DNA of 64,000 nt. It comes from Patescibacteria group bacterium. GTDB taxonomy: Bacteria; Patescibacteriota; Microgenomatia; UBA8517. The position numbers were made by a program, and so were the translations under genes. The notes beneath the pieces were generated by a model. The model worked only from the letters and a program-made list of their open reading frames with translations. It ran no database searches and was not told where the DNA came from. Below, piece by piece: positions 9,260 to 19,066 of the stretch. The stretch covers positions 33,572 to 97,571 of the forward strand of contig DASVCV010000004.1 in assembly GCA_036381415.1 (NCBI GenBank). Reading direction: 5' to 3'. Numbering within the stretch: the stretch's first letter is position 1; each line of letters starts with the position of its first letter.

Positions 9260-11440
9260 CTAAATTTTCACGCTTTTAAGTCTTAAAGAGTTAGCAACAA
9301 CTGAAATTGAAGAAGCTGCCATTGCAAATGCAGCAAGTGCAGGATTAAGAAGCATTCCAGTAAATGGATATAGAATTCCTGCTGCAACTGGAATGAGAAT
9401 AATATTGTAGCCAAAGGCCCAAAAAAGGTTTTCTTTAATAACATTTAAAGTGGACCTACTTAAATTAAAGGCTGTAAGAACACTTTTAATGTCTTTATTT
9501 AAGAGAGTAATACCTGCTGCTTCAATTGCAACATCAGTGCCAGTGCCCATAGCAATACCTACATCGGCACTAGCTAGAGCTGGGGCATCATTTACTCCAT
9601 CTCCAACGAAGGCTACCTTTTTTGAATCATTTTTTAGTTCCCCTACTTTAGATGCTTTTTCATCTGGAAGTACATCTGAAAGGATATTTTTAATACCAGC
9701 TTGCCTTGCAATTGCATTTGCAGTACGAGAATTGTCTCCTGTAATCATCCAGACTTCTCTTTTTTGGTTTTGCAACTGTCTTACTACTTCAGGAACTCCA
9801 TCTTTTAATACATCTGCTACGGCAACAATTCCTTCAAGTTTCTTCCCTCCCAAAAACATGACAGTTTTTCCTTCGTCTTCGAAATATTGGGCTTTTTGGG
9901 CATATTCAGATATGTTTATTTTTTCTTTAAGCATCAACTTCCTGTTTCCGAAAAAATATTTTTTGCCGAATAATGTGCCTTCAATCCCCATACCAGTATG
10001 GGCTTTGAAATTTTTGACAGAACTTAAGGCTACTTTTTTGGCTTTTGCGTGATTTACTATTGCTTCTGCCAAGGGGTGTTCTGAACCTTTTTCCAAAGAA
10101 GCAGCAATTTTTAGAAGCTTGCCATCTCCTAAAATGTCAGTAACTTGAGGAGTTCCTTTGGTTAAAGTTCCAGTCTTATCAAAAACTATAACTTTTATTT
10201 TGTTTGCGACTTCTAATGAAGAGGCATCTTTTATTAAAATTCCTTTTTCTGCAGCCTTGCCAGTGCCAACCATAATGGCAGTTGGGGTTGCCAGACCCAT
10301 TGCACAAGGACAGGCAATAATTAGAACCGCAATCATATTTATGAAGGCATGGAGTGGAGTATTAAAATCAAACCAGACAATGAAAGTAGCAACTGACAAC
10401 ATTAATACTGCTGGTACAAAATAGGATGATACTTGGTCAGCAAGACGCTGAATTGGAGCACGAGATGACTGAGCAGCTGAAACCAACCTAATTATTTGAG
10501 AAAGCATAGTTTCACTTCCTACTTTTGTTGCTTTAAATATAAAGCTGCCGTTTTTATTTAAAGTGGAGCCAATCACAGTATCTCCTTTTATTTTTTCAAC
10601 AGGAATTGATTCTCCTGTAACCATGGATTCATCTATTGAACTTGACCCATCAAGAATTATTCCATCAACTGGAACTTTTTCTCCTGGACGGACACGGATA
10701 GAATCTCCTACTTTTACCTCATTTATAGGAATATCAATTTCCTCACTACCTCGAATGACACGAGCAGTTTTTGCTTGAAGTCCAATTAACTTCTTAATAG
10801 CATCTGAAGTGTGAAGCTTTGCTCGGGCTTCTAAATATCTTCCTAATAAAATTAAAGTAATAATTACAGCGGCTGTGTCAAAATAAGTCCCTTTTGTAAT
10901 TCCAATAACAGATAGAAGTGAGTAGCCAAAGGCTGCAAGAGTTCCTACTGCAATAAGGGTATCCATACTGGCTGTCCTATTCTTGAGTCCTGAGACTGTT
11001 GCTTGGAAGAAAGAAAGACCTGCCCAAAATTGAACAGGGATAGTTAACAACAGTAGGACTGGAAGCATTGTTAAAAATGGAGGCACAAAAGTGAACCATT
11101 CAGGAAAACTGCCTAGAAAAACGAGAGTGGAAAGAACACTTGAAATAATTACTTTAGTTTTTAGACTTGCTAACTCTTTCTTTTTTGCCTCTTCTTTTAT
11201 TTCATCTGGACTTTGGTCGTGTTCACCAGCTGAATGGATTGCTTTGTAACCAGTCTGCTCTACTGCTCTTATCAGTTTATCTTCATTAGTGACACCAGGA
11301 TCATACTCAACTGAAGCAATCTCACTTCCATAGTTTACATTAGCTCCTACTACTCCAGTTGTCTTTGTGAGTCTTTTTTCAATAAGGCGGGCACAGGAGG
11401 CACAGTGCATTCCAATTATCGGAAGAGATACTCTTTTCAT
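9260..11440 (-). CDS. copA: copper-translocating P1B-type ATPase
   Basis: N-terminal HMA (GMHCASCA), TM CPC motif, [15 protein letters not shown]. Confidence 0.95.
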   Translation of the reverse strand: MKRVSLPIIGMHCASCARLIEKRLTKTTGVVGANVNYGSEIASVEYDPGVTNEDKLIRAVEQTGYKAIHSAGEHDQSPDEIKEEAKKKELASLKTKVIISSVLSTLVFLGSFPEWFTFVPPFLTMLPVLLLLTIPVQFWAGLSFFQATVSGLKNRTASMDTLIAVGTLAAFGYSLLSVIGITKGTYFDTAAVIITLILLGRYLEARAKLHTSDAIKKLIGLQAKTARVIRGSEEIDIPINEVKVGDSIRVRPGEKVPVDGIILDGSSSIDESMVTGESIPVEKIKGDTVIGSTLNKNGSFIFKATKVGSETMLSQIIRLVSAAQSSRAPIQRLADQVSSYFVPAVLMLSVATFIVWFDFNTPLHAFINMIAVLIIACPCAMGLATPTAIMVGTGKAAEKGILIKDASSLEVANKIKVIVFDKTGTLTKGTPQVTDILGDGKLLKIAASLEKGSEHPLAEAIVNHAKAKKVALSSVKNFKAHTGMGIEGTLFGKKYFFGNRKLMLKEKINISEYAQKAQYFEDEGKTVMFLGGKKLEGIVAVADVLKDGVPEVVRQLQNQKREVWMITGDNSRTANAIARQAGIKNILSDVLPDEKASKVGELKNDSKKVAFVGDGVNDAPALASADVGIAMGTGTDVAIEAAGITLLNKDIKSVLTAFNLSRSTLNVIKENLFWAFGYNIILIPVAAGILYPFTGMLLNPALAAFAMAASSISVVANSLRLKSVKI

Positions 11441-11787
11441 TCAACTACCACCTTTCCTTCATACATATGCATTCCGCAATGAAAAACAATTTCTCCAACT
11501 TCTTTTGGAGTAATTTCAATTTTTACTTCTTCATTCATTGGTAAATACTTTTTGATTTTGAAATCAGGAATTACAATTTCTTCTAAGCAACTATTTGGAT
11601 CTTTTCTTATAAATTTGAGTTCTACAGGTTTTCCTTTTTTAACTTTGATAACAGAGGGTTTATACCCTCCCTCAACCACAATTGTGGTTTCTCCTTCTGC
11701 TTTTACTTCTTCTTTTTTACCAAAGAAGAACCAATAGATAAAGCTAATTAAAATTAGCCCTAAGATAGTAACTAAAAATTTTTCCAT
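11437..11787 (-). CDS. cupredoxin-like (PF13473-type) copper-binding protein with N-terminal TM anchor
   Basis: [17 protein letters not shown]...H...[14 protein letters not shown] matches cupredoxin-like domain pattern; 4-nt overlap with copA start. Confidence 0.6.
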   Translation of the reverse strand: MEKFLVTILGLILISFIYWFFFGKKEEVKAEGETTIVVEGGYKPSVIKVKKGKPVELKFIRKDPNSCLEEIVIPDFKIKKYLPMNEEVKIEITPKEVGEIVFHCGMHMYEGKVVVE

Positions 11788-11813
11788 TTTTAAATTTCTA
11801 TAATTTCAAACTA

Positions 11814-11954
11814 TTACTTATTTCCTTTTTTCCAAACCCATCGAATTAATGCTACTAAAAGAACAGCAAATAAAATCCACATTATTAGATTAAATACACC
11901 TACAAACTGAGCTCCTCCCATCATCCAGGCAGGATTATAACCCCATCCCATCAT
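11814..11954 (-). CDS. 46-aa Met-rich single-TM peptide
   Basis: Not in ORF track (<60 aa). GGAGGTG SD then ATG; MMGWGYNPAWMMGGAQ + TM (VGVFNLIMWILFAVLLVALI); sits inside copper operon. Confidence 0.35.
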   Translation of the reverse strand: MMGWGYNPAWMMGGAQFVGVFNLIMWILFAVLLVALIRWVWKKGNK

Positions 11955-11968
11955 ATTCATCACCTCCT

Positions 11969-12238
11969 TTACTTTCTAGTAAAACTATTATAAATTAATG
12001 CTCCTAACCAACCGGTTACCCAAGATACTCCTGTAAATGTTACTAACCCCACTAAGAATCCATCTTGACTTGGTTTCCAGACTGCAGACAAATTGACTGA
12101 ATGGAACCAACTTTGGGCAACAGTTTTGTAAATATCAGGTGCAAAGGTGGCTAAAATAGCACAACCTATAAAATAAAGGGCCGCTACTATTCCAAAAGTG
12201 TTAGCTACTGCCATTTGATTTAACTTCATTTTCCTCAC
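11969..12238 (-). CDS. small hypothetical membrane protein
   Basis: 89 aa, 2-3 TM helices. Confidence 0.4.
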   Translation of the reverse strand: MRKMKLNQMAVANTFGIVAALYFIGCAILATFAPDIYKTVAQSWFHSVNLSAVWKPSQDGFLVGLVTFTGVSWVTGWLGALIYNSFTRK

Positions 12239-12262
12239 CCCCTTAAGATTAATCCTAACATT

Positions 12263-13429
12263 TTAAGCTCCACATCCTCCACTACTTTTTGCTGCATAGG
12301 GAAGATCTCCAACTTTTTGTGCAATATTTGCTGCTCCACTTCCTGAGGAAAATTCTGACCCAAGAACTTTTTTGGCGTCTACGTTTTCCCAGTCTATTCC
12401 CTGTCTTGCAAAATAAGTTGCGGCAGTCAAATACGAGCTTCCAAACCAGAATGAATTAAGCTTGAGAACGTTTTTGTAGACAGCTTCATCTGGCATATCC
12501 TGGGATACCATCAATTCAATTGCAGCGAGGGCTGCCATGCCATGATTACAATCCGGAAACCATGTGGAGTTACCACAGCAAGGACGATATATATTTTTTG
12601 CAATTTCTGCGACTTTTTTCTGTTGTTCATCAGTTAAGTTAATTAATGTATGTTTCCCAAGATGGCTAACTGCATTCCCTTGGGACAGAGTCCACCCTGC
12701 AGTTGAGGAGAAATTGCCGATGTCCTTTTTATATTCTTTGCCCATTGGCCCTTCTTCATATGCAAGACTTTTTTGTGCAAGACCTAAAGCCCAGAGGAAA
12801 TCTACAACAAATTGGCTATTTTCTGATGTAATCTTGACAGGATCAGTTGAACCTTTTTCCAAAATATTTTTCTGATCTTCTGTTAAGTTAACAGCCCTTG
12901 CAAATTTTTCTTTGTCAATAACCCCTAAGCTTACAAGTCTAGGACCCAACACTCCCCAATTTACAGGGAGTACAAACCCTTCAGATGGCATAACTTTATC
13001 TGGTAAGTTTGATAAATCGTATAGTTTAAGCCCTGACTTTTTCCATTCTGACATTCCCCCTTTTAAATGAACAACATTGGTATAGCCCATTGTTTTTAAA
13101 GTTTCTAAGGCTTCTTTGCTCATATTGCCTGATTCACAATAAAGTACAATTTTTCCATTTTTATCTTTAGGAAGGTTATCCTCGTTTGCTTTCATTTCAT
13201 CGAATGGAATAAATAAGTCTGTAGAAGGGATTTCTCCAGAGTAAGGAGTGTGAACATTAATTAATGTAAAGTTTTTGCCTGAAAGAGCGGAGTTAAGCTG
13301 AGGTGCATTTATTTCTGAGTTTGCATAATTTATTGTTAAGCTGCCTACAATTGGAGCAAAATTAATTCCTAAGGTAAACCCTGTGAAGAATGTTAAGACT
13401 AAAAGTAGAATTATCTTTTTAGTGTTCAT
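12263..13429 (-). CDS. exported rhodanese-domain protein fused to Cys-rich C-terminal domain of unknown function
   Basis: Signal/TM N-terminus; rhodanese active-site loop VLYCESGNMS; C-terminal ~240 aa with RPCCGNSTWFPDCNHG and terminal GGCGA. Confidence 0.55.
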   Translation of the reverse strand: MNTKKIILLLVLTFFTGFTLGINFAPIVGSLTINYANSEINAPQLNSALSGKNFTLINVHTPYSGEIPSTDLFIPFDEMKANEDNLPKDKNGKIVLYCESGNMSKEALETLKTMGYTNVVHLKGGMSEWKKSGLKLYDLSNLPDKVMPSEGFVLPVNWGVLGPRLVSLGVIDKEKFARAVNLTEDQKNILEKGSTDPVKITSENSQFVVDFLWALGLAQKSLAYEEGPMGKEYKKDIGNFSSTAGWTLSQGNAVSHLGKHTLINLTDEQQKKVAEIAKNIYRPCCGNSTWFPDCNHGMAALAAIELMVSQDMPDEAVYKNVLKLNSFWFGSSYLTAATYFARQGIDWENVDAKKVLGSEFSSGSGAANIAQKVGDLPYAAKSSGGCGA

Positions 13430-13941
13430 AGAGATGTAAAGTTAACTATATAGAACATGATAAAAGACAAAATTAAAATGCTTCCAATACTTACAACTAC
13501 TCTCTGGTATGGAAAAAATACTTTTTTATTTTTGGCGATTATTAAATCATTTATTACATCAACAAGATAAAAGAAAATTCCTCCAGCTAAAATTCCAAAC
13601 GTTAATTTGTGGATTCCAAAAACTTCTCCTGAAAAACGAGGGATAAGATTAAATTTATAAAATGACCAGATGGTTAGGCCAAAAGTAAGAATGTAGACTA
13701 AAGGCTTTAGAAAAGGCAGCTGAGCTTTTTTCCTAATTACATTTGTTAACCACAGAGCCATTGCACCTAAAAATGCTGCCATCCAAACTCCTGTTACTGC
13801 ATCATCTACTCCAAGAAGACGAGACAAAGAAAGTCCAACCGCAGCACCTGCTACGCAAAGTGGACAATGAGCTAGAGCAGATACAGGAAAAAGAATTTTA
13901 ATGAGAAATAATAATAAAGAGGTGAGAAGTATTTTTTTCAT
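13426..13941 (-). CDS. membrane protein with N-terminal CxxC (HCPLC) motif
   Basis: Signal peptide then ALAHCPLCVAG, followed by 4 TM helices; 4-nt overlaps with flanking genes. Confidence 0.45.
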   Translation of the reverse strand: MKKILLTSLLLFLIKILFPVSALAHCPLCVAGAAVGLSLSRLLGVDDAVTGVWMAAFLGAMALWLTNVIRKKAQLPFLKPLVYILTFGLTIWSFYKFNLIPRFSGEVFGIHKLTFGILAGGIFFYLVDVINDLIIAKNKKVFFPYQRVVVSIGSILILSFIMFYIVNFTSL

Positions 13942-14453
13942 TTGAGAACAACAATACCTTTAAAAGTAAGAGTTTTAATTCCAACTGGATCAGAGAAAGT
14001 AAGGTTAACTTGCCGATCTATTGGACCAACGCCTTGGGGACCATGTGCTGTTGGGTCAAATTGCATCGTAACGACTGCTGTTTCGCCTGACTTTATTTCA
14101 TATCCATCAAGTACCGGGTTTATGTTTCCATGTGCTTCCAACCCAAAATATCTAGTTTCACGATCGCCAATTTTTACTTTTGCTTTTGTGCACATACAGG
14201 AAGTGGCAACTTTTCTTAGTCTTATGGACTTGTCAGTAGTGTTTTTTATTTCGTATTCTTTTGTAACAATTCCTTTTGAGTAAAGTATTTCACCTAAATC
14301 GTAATTTGGGGGGTTTGCCTCTAGACCTAAAACTTGATTGGTCGGAGTGGCAATAGTATTTTTTTGATTAATTTTTTGTTGGAAGTAAACTAATCCTCCA
14401 ACACCAAGAACTAAAATTAATACGATACTAGCTAATAAAAATTTACTTTTCAT
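13938..14453 (-). CDS. DUF1573-like Ig-fold secreted protein
   Basis: N-terminal TM/signal; motif TSCMCTK resembling DUF1573 SCGCT signature. Confidence 0.4.
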   Translation of the reverse strand: MKSKFLLASIVLILVLGVGGLVYFQQKINQKNTIATPTNQVLGLEANPPNYDLGEILYSKGIVTKEYEIKNTTDKSIRLRKVATSCMCTKAKVKIGDRETRYFGLEAHGNINPVLDGYEIKSGETAVVTMQFDPTAHGPQGVGPIDRQVNLTFSDPVGIKTLTFKGIVVLK

Positions 14454-14731
14454 TTATTACCTTTTTTAAATAGCTCTAATATCTCACTTACAAGTTTTTC
14501 CTTTTCTGACTTACTCCCATGAATGTCATGGAGTACACAACTATGGAGGTGCCCATGGAGAACTAACTCATCAACTTTTTTAAGGGCTGCTTGAACGGCT
14601 TGCGATTGGTGGATTACATCAGGACAGTAAGAATCTTCTTCAAGCATTCTTTGAACTTTCTCTAAGTGCCCTTTGGCAACCTTAATCCTTTGGAGGGCAT
14701 CTTTTTTAAAATTATTGTTGTGCATGCCCAT
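14450..14731 (-). CDS. csoR: CsoR/RcnR-family copper-sensing repressor
   Basis: DUF156 fold; x-Y-C...H-x-x-x-C ligands (SYCPDV...HGHLHSCV) consistent with Cu(I)-sensing CsoR rather than CstR. Confidence 0.85.
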   Translation of the reverse strand: MGMHNNNFKKDALQRIKVAKGHLEKVQRMLEEDSYCPDVIHQSQAVQAALKKVDELVLHGHLHSCVLHDIHGSKSEKEKLVSEILELFKKGNK

Positions 14732-14761
14732 ACCCTACCCCCTGGTGGGGGGTATGTCAAG
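14730..14761 (-). promoter_or_regulatory. CsoR operator palindrome overlapping putative sigma70 promoter
   Basis: ATACCCTACCCCCTGGTGGGGGGTAT inverted repeat (C5/G6 tracts) typical of CsoR operators; on minus strand preceded by TTGACA, 17-nt spacer, TAGGGT, immediately before csoR ATG (leaderless or very short leader). Confidence 0.55.
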
Positions 14762-14851
14762 ACCCAATTTATTAGTTATTTTATTTCAAAAATCTCGCCA
14801 TCACCCATTATTCTGAAAGCTGCTTGTATAATAACTACAAGACATGTAACT

Positions 14852-15391
14852 ATGGTAGACAAATCAGAGATAAGCAGTTTACTCGAAAAGATTGAGTCAG
14901 CTACAAAAAACAGAAAGCTTGATTTATCAAGCGATGAAGATTTATCAATTGGAATAATGAATCTCATTTCAATCGAGGAACATTTGTTTTTTACTTCTCA
15001 AAAAACTGGAAAGAGCAAATATTTAGACCTACTTAACGAAGTCAGGCTCATGAGAACAGAACTCATGAAGAAAATTATTAAGGATTATGAAGGAGAAGTG
15101 TGGTGTATTAGTAAACATTTACTTAGTGCCACAATGAGATTAACTGAAGTAGGAACAAAAGAGCTAAAGAAAGGAAACAAAAAAGTAGCTTGGGATTTGT
15201 TTGAGAAGGCATACAAACTCTATTCTCTTTTTTGGGGAATTAATTTAGATATCTTAAAAATGGATAATGTTAAAATAAAAAACGATGAAATAAATTATAT
15301 TAATGAAGGCGCAAAAAAAGAAAATACCACATCAATCTTTAGTAAAATGGGCAAGATTGTTCAAAAAGCAGTAGACTGTTGTAAAGAATAG
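14852..15391 (+). CDS. hypothetical protein (start uncertain)
   Basis: ORF track start 14666 lies inside csoR on the opposite strand; ATG at 14852 (MVDKSEISSLLEKIE...) follows a TATAAT at ~14827. Confidence 0.35.
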   Translation: MVDKSEISSLLEKIESATKNRKLDLSSDEDLSIGIMNLISIEEHLFFTSQKTGKSKYLDLLNEVRLMRTELMKKIIKDYEGEVWCISKHLLSATMRLTEVGTKELKKGNKKVAWDLFEKAYKLYSLFWGINLDILKMDNVKIKNDEINYINEGAKKENTTSIFSKMGKIVQKAVDCCKE

Positions 15392-15405
15392 TATAATTAT
15401 ATTTT

Positions 15406-16419
15406 ATGAATCAAATTTGGCTGGCATTTTTAACAGGTTTAACAACAGGAGGAATTTCTTGCATGGCAGTTCAGGGAGGACTTCTTGCCACTTCCCTATC
15501 TCAAAAAACTGAAGCAGACATTACTAGAAATGAGAGATTTACCCAAGTTGGGATATTTTTAGCTGCTAAAATACTTGCTTATACAATTTTGGGGGCATTG
15601 CTTGGTGCAATAGGTTCCAAGCTTATACTTTCTCCTATCTTGCAGGCCTGGATGCAGATTTTTGTTGGATTTTTTATGCTTGCTACAGCTGGAAGGCTTT
15701 TAAATCTTCATCCTGTGTTTAGATACTTTGTAATACAACCGCCAAAGTTTGTTTATAGGTTTATGAAGAATAAAGCAAAAAGCGACTCATTTTTTACACC
15801 TGCACTCTTAGGAGTTATGACAATTCTTATTCCTTGCGGAGTTACCCAGGCAATGATGGTATTAGCAGTTGGAACTGGGTCAGCAGTAATTGGGGCACTA
15901 ATACTTTTCGCATTTGTCCTTGGGACAAGTCCAGTGTTTTTTACATTAGGGGTTGCAGCGTCAAGCCTTATGAAGAAAAAGGCTTTTGTGTATATTTCAT
16001 CAATTGTCATTCTAGTCTTAGGAGTACTTTCTATAAATTCAGGACAAATATTGCGGGGCTCTCCACACACTATTCAAAATTATTACACAGCACTTGTTTC
16101 AATATTCAAACCAACTGCTCAGGCCAAAGGATCTGTTGCTGGAATTCAAAATGGCAGCCAAGAAGTTGTTGTTAATGTAAAATCAAGTGGGTACACATCA
16201 ACAGTTAACACTTTGAAAGCCGGGGTGCCTGTACGCATGAAGTTGGTAACCAACAACACTCAGGGCTGCGCAAGAGCTTTTAATATTCCTTCAATGGGCA
16301 TTAGCAAAGTACTTCCTCAAACTGGAACAGAATTAGTAGAGTTTACTCCAACTAAAGCTGGAAGGTTGACAGCAACTTGCTCAATGGGAATGTATACAAT
16401 TAATTTTAACGTTATTTAA
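15406..16419 (+). CDS. polytopic membrane protein with two intramembrane Cys (CcdA/DsbD_2-like) fused to C-terminal cupredoxin-like domain
   Basis: TM Cys motifs GGISCMAVQGG and LIPCGVTQAM; C-terminal GYTSTVNTLKAGVPVRMKLV...TATCSMGMYTINFNV parallels the 116-aa cupredoxin ORF. Confidence 0.45.
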   Translation: MNQIWLAFLTGLTTGGISCMAVQGGLLATSLSQKTEADITRNERFTQVGIFLAAKILAYTILGALLGAIGSKLILSPILQAWMQIFVGFFMLATAGRLLNLHPVFRYFVIQPPKFVYRFMKNKAKSDSFFTPALLGVMTILIPCGVTQAMMVLAVGTGSAVIGALILFAFVLGTSPVFFTLGVAASSLMKKKAFVYISSIVILVLGVLSINSGQILRGSPHTIQNYYTALVSIFKPTAQAKGSVAGIQNGSQEVVVNVKSSGYTSTVNTLKAGVPVRMKLVTNNTQGCARAFNIPSMGISKVLPQTGTELVEFTPTKAGRLTATCSMGMYTINFNVI

Positions 16420-16422
16420 GAT

Positions 16423-16629
16423 ATGGCAAAAACAAAGACATACAAAGTTAATGGTATGGATTGCACATCATGTGCAATGATGATTGAGTCTGATTTAGAG
16501 GATGAAGGAATAAAAGCAAAGTGCAGCTTTGCAAAAGAGACTCTTGAGGTGGAAGACAACGGAAAACTGGATGAAGACAAAATTAAAAAAGTAGTTGAAG
16601 ATTCGGGATACAGTCTTTCTACGAACTAA
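16423..16629 (+). CDS. copZ: HMA-domain copper chaperone
   Basis: GMDCTSCAMMIE metal-binding motif, 68 aa. Confidence 0.85.
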   Translation: MAKTKTYKVNGMDCTSCAMMIESDLEDEGIKAKCSFAKETLEVEDNGKLDEDKIKKVVEDSGYSLSTN

Positions 16630-17041
16630 TTATAAGATTTGGAACTGGATTAAAATCAGTGTACCTCCACCAGATTGGTGTAAAAACTAAATAACAACTG
16701 CCTTCATTTTCATATCTTTTGTGATCTGGATATTTTTCAAAGTAGATTTTTCTTATTTCTTCAATTTTTCCTCTATCCTCCTCCATTCTTATTTCACCAT
16801 CAGTTTGAAGAGTTATCATGTTTTTTTCATCAAAACCTAATACAAACGAGGCTTTGGCAGGAAGACCATTTAGAAGAGGTTCCATTTTTTTACTATCTTT
16901 ATCTGTAAGAAAGTAAATCTCTAGGGGATCTTTTTTGTATGCAAAAACCATGCAAGAGGTGTGAGGAGTGTTATCTGAAAGGCTGATACTAAGAGCACAA
17001 GACCTTTCTTTATTTAGAATATCTATGACCTTATTATCCAT
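16619..17041 (-). CDS. pyridoxamine 5'-phosphate oxidase-like FMN-binding split-barrel protein
   Basis: Sequence pattern of PNPOx-like small proteins; weak. Confidence 0.45.
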   Translation of the reverse strand: MDNKVIDILNKERSCALSISLSDNTPHTSCMVFAYKKDPLEIYFLTDKDSKKMEPLLNGLPAKASFVLGFDEKNMITLQTDGEIRMEEDRGKIEEIRKIYFEKYPDHKRYENEGSCYLVFTPIWWRYTDFNPVPNLIISS

Positions 17042-17050
17042 TCCTAAATA

Positions 17051-17584
17051 CTACATTAAAATACTAAAAATAAGAAGAATTGCTAAGCTTGAAACAAGAT
17101 ATATAACAGTTTGAGTGTTATCTAATACAAGGTTTAATTTGTAAATCCAATTTGAGAGTGTTTTCATATTCTGATAATCAACTATTTGATCAATTGTTAG
17201 GTGAAGAAGAAAGGCAAGGACTATTCCCCTACCTATTAAACTTGCAGAGGAAGTTAACACTAGAAATGCAAGAATAACAAAAATAATCTGAAAAAGAGTG
17301 GTGTGCAAAATTAAATTTCTTCTTTCTGAGCGGGTGGAAGCAAGCAGCTGCCAGGTTTTTAAAAGTTCTCCTTTTTGAGACATATAGATTGCTCTTTGAG
17401 AAGTAAGCTCATTGGGGCGGAGATAATAAACATAAATTATATGATCAACATCAGGAAGAATAGTTCCAATTAATCCTCCTACCCAAAGTGGCCAGTAGTT
17501 AATAGAGATCCAACCTTTAAGGAAAGAGAACAAAAGAAATAGAAGAATAAATGAGATTGTATGAATTAATATTTCTTTCTTCAC
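17051..17584 (-). CDS. membrane-bound metal-dependent hydrolase-like (YdjM/DUF457-like) protein
   Basis: 5 TM segments, His/Asp-rich loops (ILPDVDHIIY, LLHLTIDQI). Confidence 0.35.
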   Translation of the reverse strand: MKKEILIHTISFILLFLLFSFLKGWISINYWPLWVGGLIGTILPDVDHIIYVYYLRPNELTSQRAIYMSQKGELLKTWQLLASTRSERRNLILHTTLFQIIFVILAFLVLTSSASLIGRGIVLAFLLHLTIDQIVDYQNMKTLSNWIYKLNLVLDNTQTVIYLVSSLAILLIFSILM

Positions 17585-17883
17585 AAATTAATCATACATT
17601 TTTTGAGATCTACATGCATCTGGTCTTTGAAAAGCACACCTTCTTTAAGAAGCTTTTCTTTTTGCATATCTGGTCCTCCAAAGGCATAACCTGGAGCTAG
17701 TCTTCCATCTTTGTTTACTACTCTATGACAAGGGACTGAAAGATCTTTATTAGCATGGAGTGCCCAGCCAATTTTTCTTACATCTTTTGTACCAAGAGAC
17801 TTTGCAATTTCTCCATAAGTAGTTACTTTACCTTTAGGAACTTTCGTTACAATTTCATGTACTTTTTGAAATAAATTATCCAT
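17581..17883 (-). CDS. MGMT-family (methylated-DNA-protein-cysteine methyltransferase DNA-binding domain) protein
   Basis: PCHRVV active-site-like motif, 100 aa. Confidence 0.85.
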   Translation of the reverse strand: MDNLFQKVHEIVTKVPKGKVTTYGEIAKSLGTKDVRKIGWALHANKDLSVPCHRVVNKDGRLAPGYAFGGPDMQKEKLLKEGVLFKDQMHVDLKKCMINL

Positions 17884-17884
17884 A

Positions 17885-19021
17885 TTAGTTTAATAAATCA
17901 TTTAATTGGCCATTAATTTTTGATATGTATCTTTCATAACCTGATTCTTTAGCAATAGCCATTGCTTTTGATCCTATATATTGAATATGACCTTTATTCA
18001 CTTTTGACTTAGAAGATTGTACAATTTCCATCTCTGCACAAGCAAGCTGAACCTCTTTTGTTTTGAGTTGGACATCGTCATTTTCGTACACTTTTTTTGC
18101 TTTTTGAAGCATATCATATGCAGCTTTAGTTCTATTTAAACTTGCCTCAGAGCGGCAAATACCTTCAAGAAACTGAAATTGAAGGTTAGCATCATATCTT
18201 GGCAAATCTAGAAGTATTTTTTTGCTTAAACTATCATATTCTTTTTCTTTTCCTAGGTAGGCAAGACATAATGTGCTTTCTCTTAAAGGAAGAGAAATGT
18301 ATTCTAGCTTTGAGGTTTTGGTTGCACCTAACTTAAAAAGAGATAAAGCAATTTCATGCTTTTTATCAATGTAATATGCACTTCCAAGCCTGAAGTCTGC
18401 TAATCCTAAAAGGTCTTTATTTTTTAACTGGCTACCAATTGATTTTAACTGTCTTGAGTGCTTTAGAGTTGAAGTTAAGAAATCTTTTTGATTTTGAAAT
18501 TGACTTGCAAGATTGCTCTGTCTAAAAATCAATTCTGCAAGTAGTTCAAGGAGTTTTTTTCTATTTTTTAAGCTTCTTGTTTTTCCCATCTGGTTTTTGA
18601 TTCTTACATACAACTCATCTGACCACTCATATGCTACTAGGGTGACGCTAGCTAACATCAACTCATTTATTTTTGAAACATTGTGTTCAAGAAGTTCTAC
18701 TATTAATCTTTCATCTTTTTCAAAAAAAGAAGGGTCAATGCTATACCTGGATGCAATTTCTAAAAAAATTTCATTTTCCAGCTGCCTATACTGTCTGGCT
18801 GGAATTTTTAGAATTGAAGCAAATACTTTCAGTTGATTGAGGTTCAAAATTCTTTCTCCATTTATAACTCTGGATAAAACACTTGGATCGATTTCCTTAT
18901 ACCCTCGTTTCTCCCACATTTCCCAAGCTAATTTATTAAGTGACATTCCATTTGAGAAGACGATGCGGTTACCTTTACGTAAGTAATATTTTTGAAGAAG
19001 TGTTGCGAGCTTACTTTCCAA
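17885..19021 (-). CDS. XRE-HTH + TPR-like regulator (RNPP/Rgg-like architecture)
   Basis: N-terminal HTH (LNKLAWEMWEKRGYKEIDPSVLSRVINGER), long helical-repeat C-terminus. Confidence 0.45.
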   Translation of the reverse strand: MESKLATLLQKYYLRKGNRIVFSNGMSLNKLAWEMWEKRGYKEIDPSVLSRVINGERILNLNQLKVFASILKIPARQYRQLENEIFLEIASRYSIDPSFFEKDERLIVELLEHNVSKINELMLASVTLVAYEWSDELYVRIKNQMGKTRSLKNRKKLLELLAELIFRQSNLASQFQNQKDFLTSTLKHSRQLKSIGSQLKNKDLLGLADFRLGSAYYIDKKHEIALSLFKLGATKTSKLEYISLPLRESTLCLAYLGKEKEYDSLSKKILLDLPRYDANLQFQFLEGICRSEASLNRTKAAYDMLQKAKKVYENDDVQLKTKEVQLACAEMEIVQSSKSKVNKGHIQYIGSKAMAIAKESGYERYISKINGQLNDLLN

Positions 19022-19066
19022 CTTGCTGTTTATTTTAACACAAAAATTTTTTAATAAAAGCAGAAC

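Noticed and set aside
9450-10778. Plus-strand ORFs (9450-10052, 10158-10424, 10563-10778) antisense to copA
   Set aside because: Ser/Thr/Pro/Ala-rich low-complexity translations lying entirely inside a strongly supported P-type ATPase gene; typical antisense artefacts.
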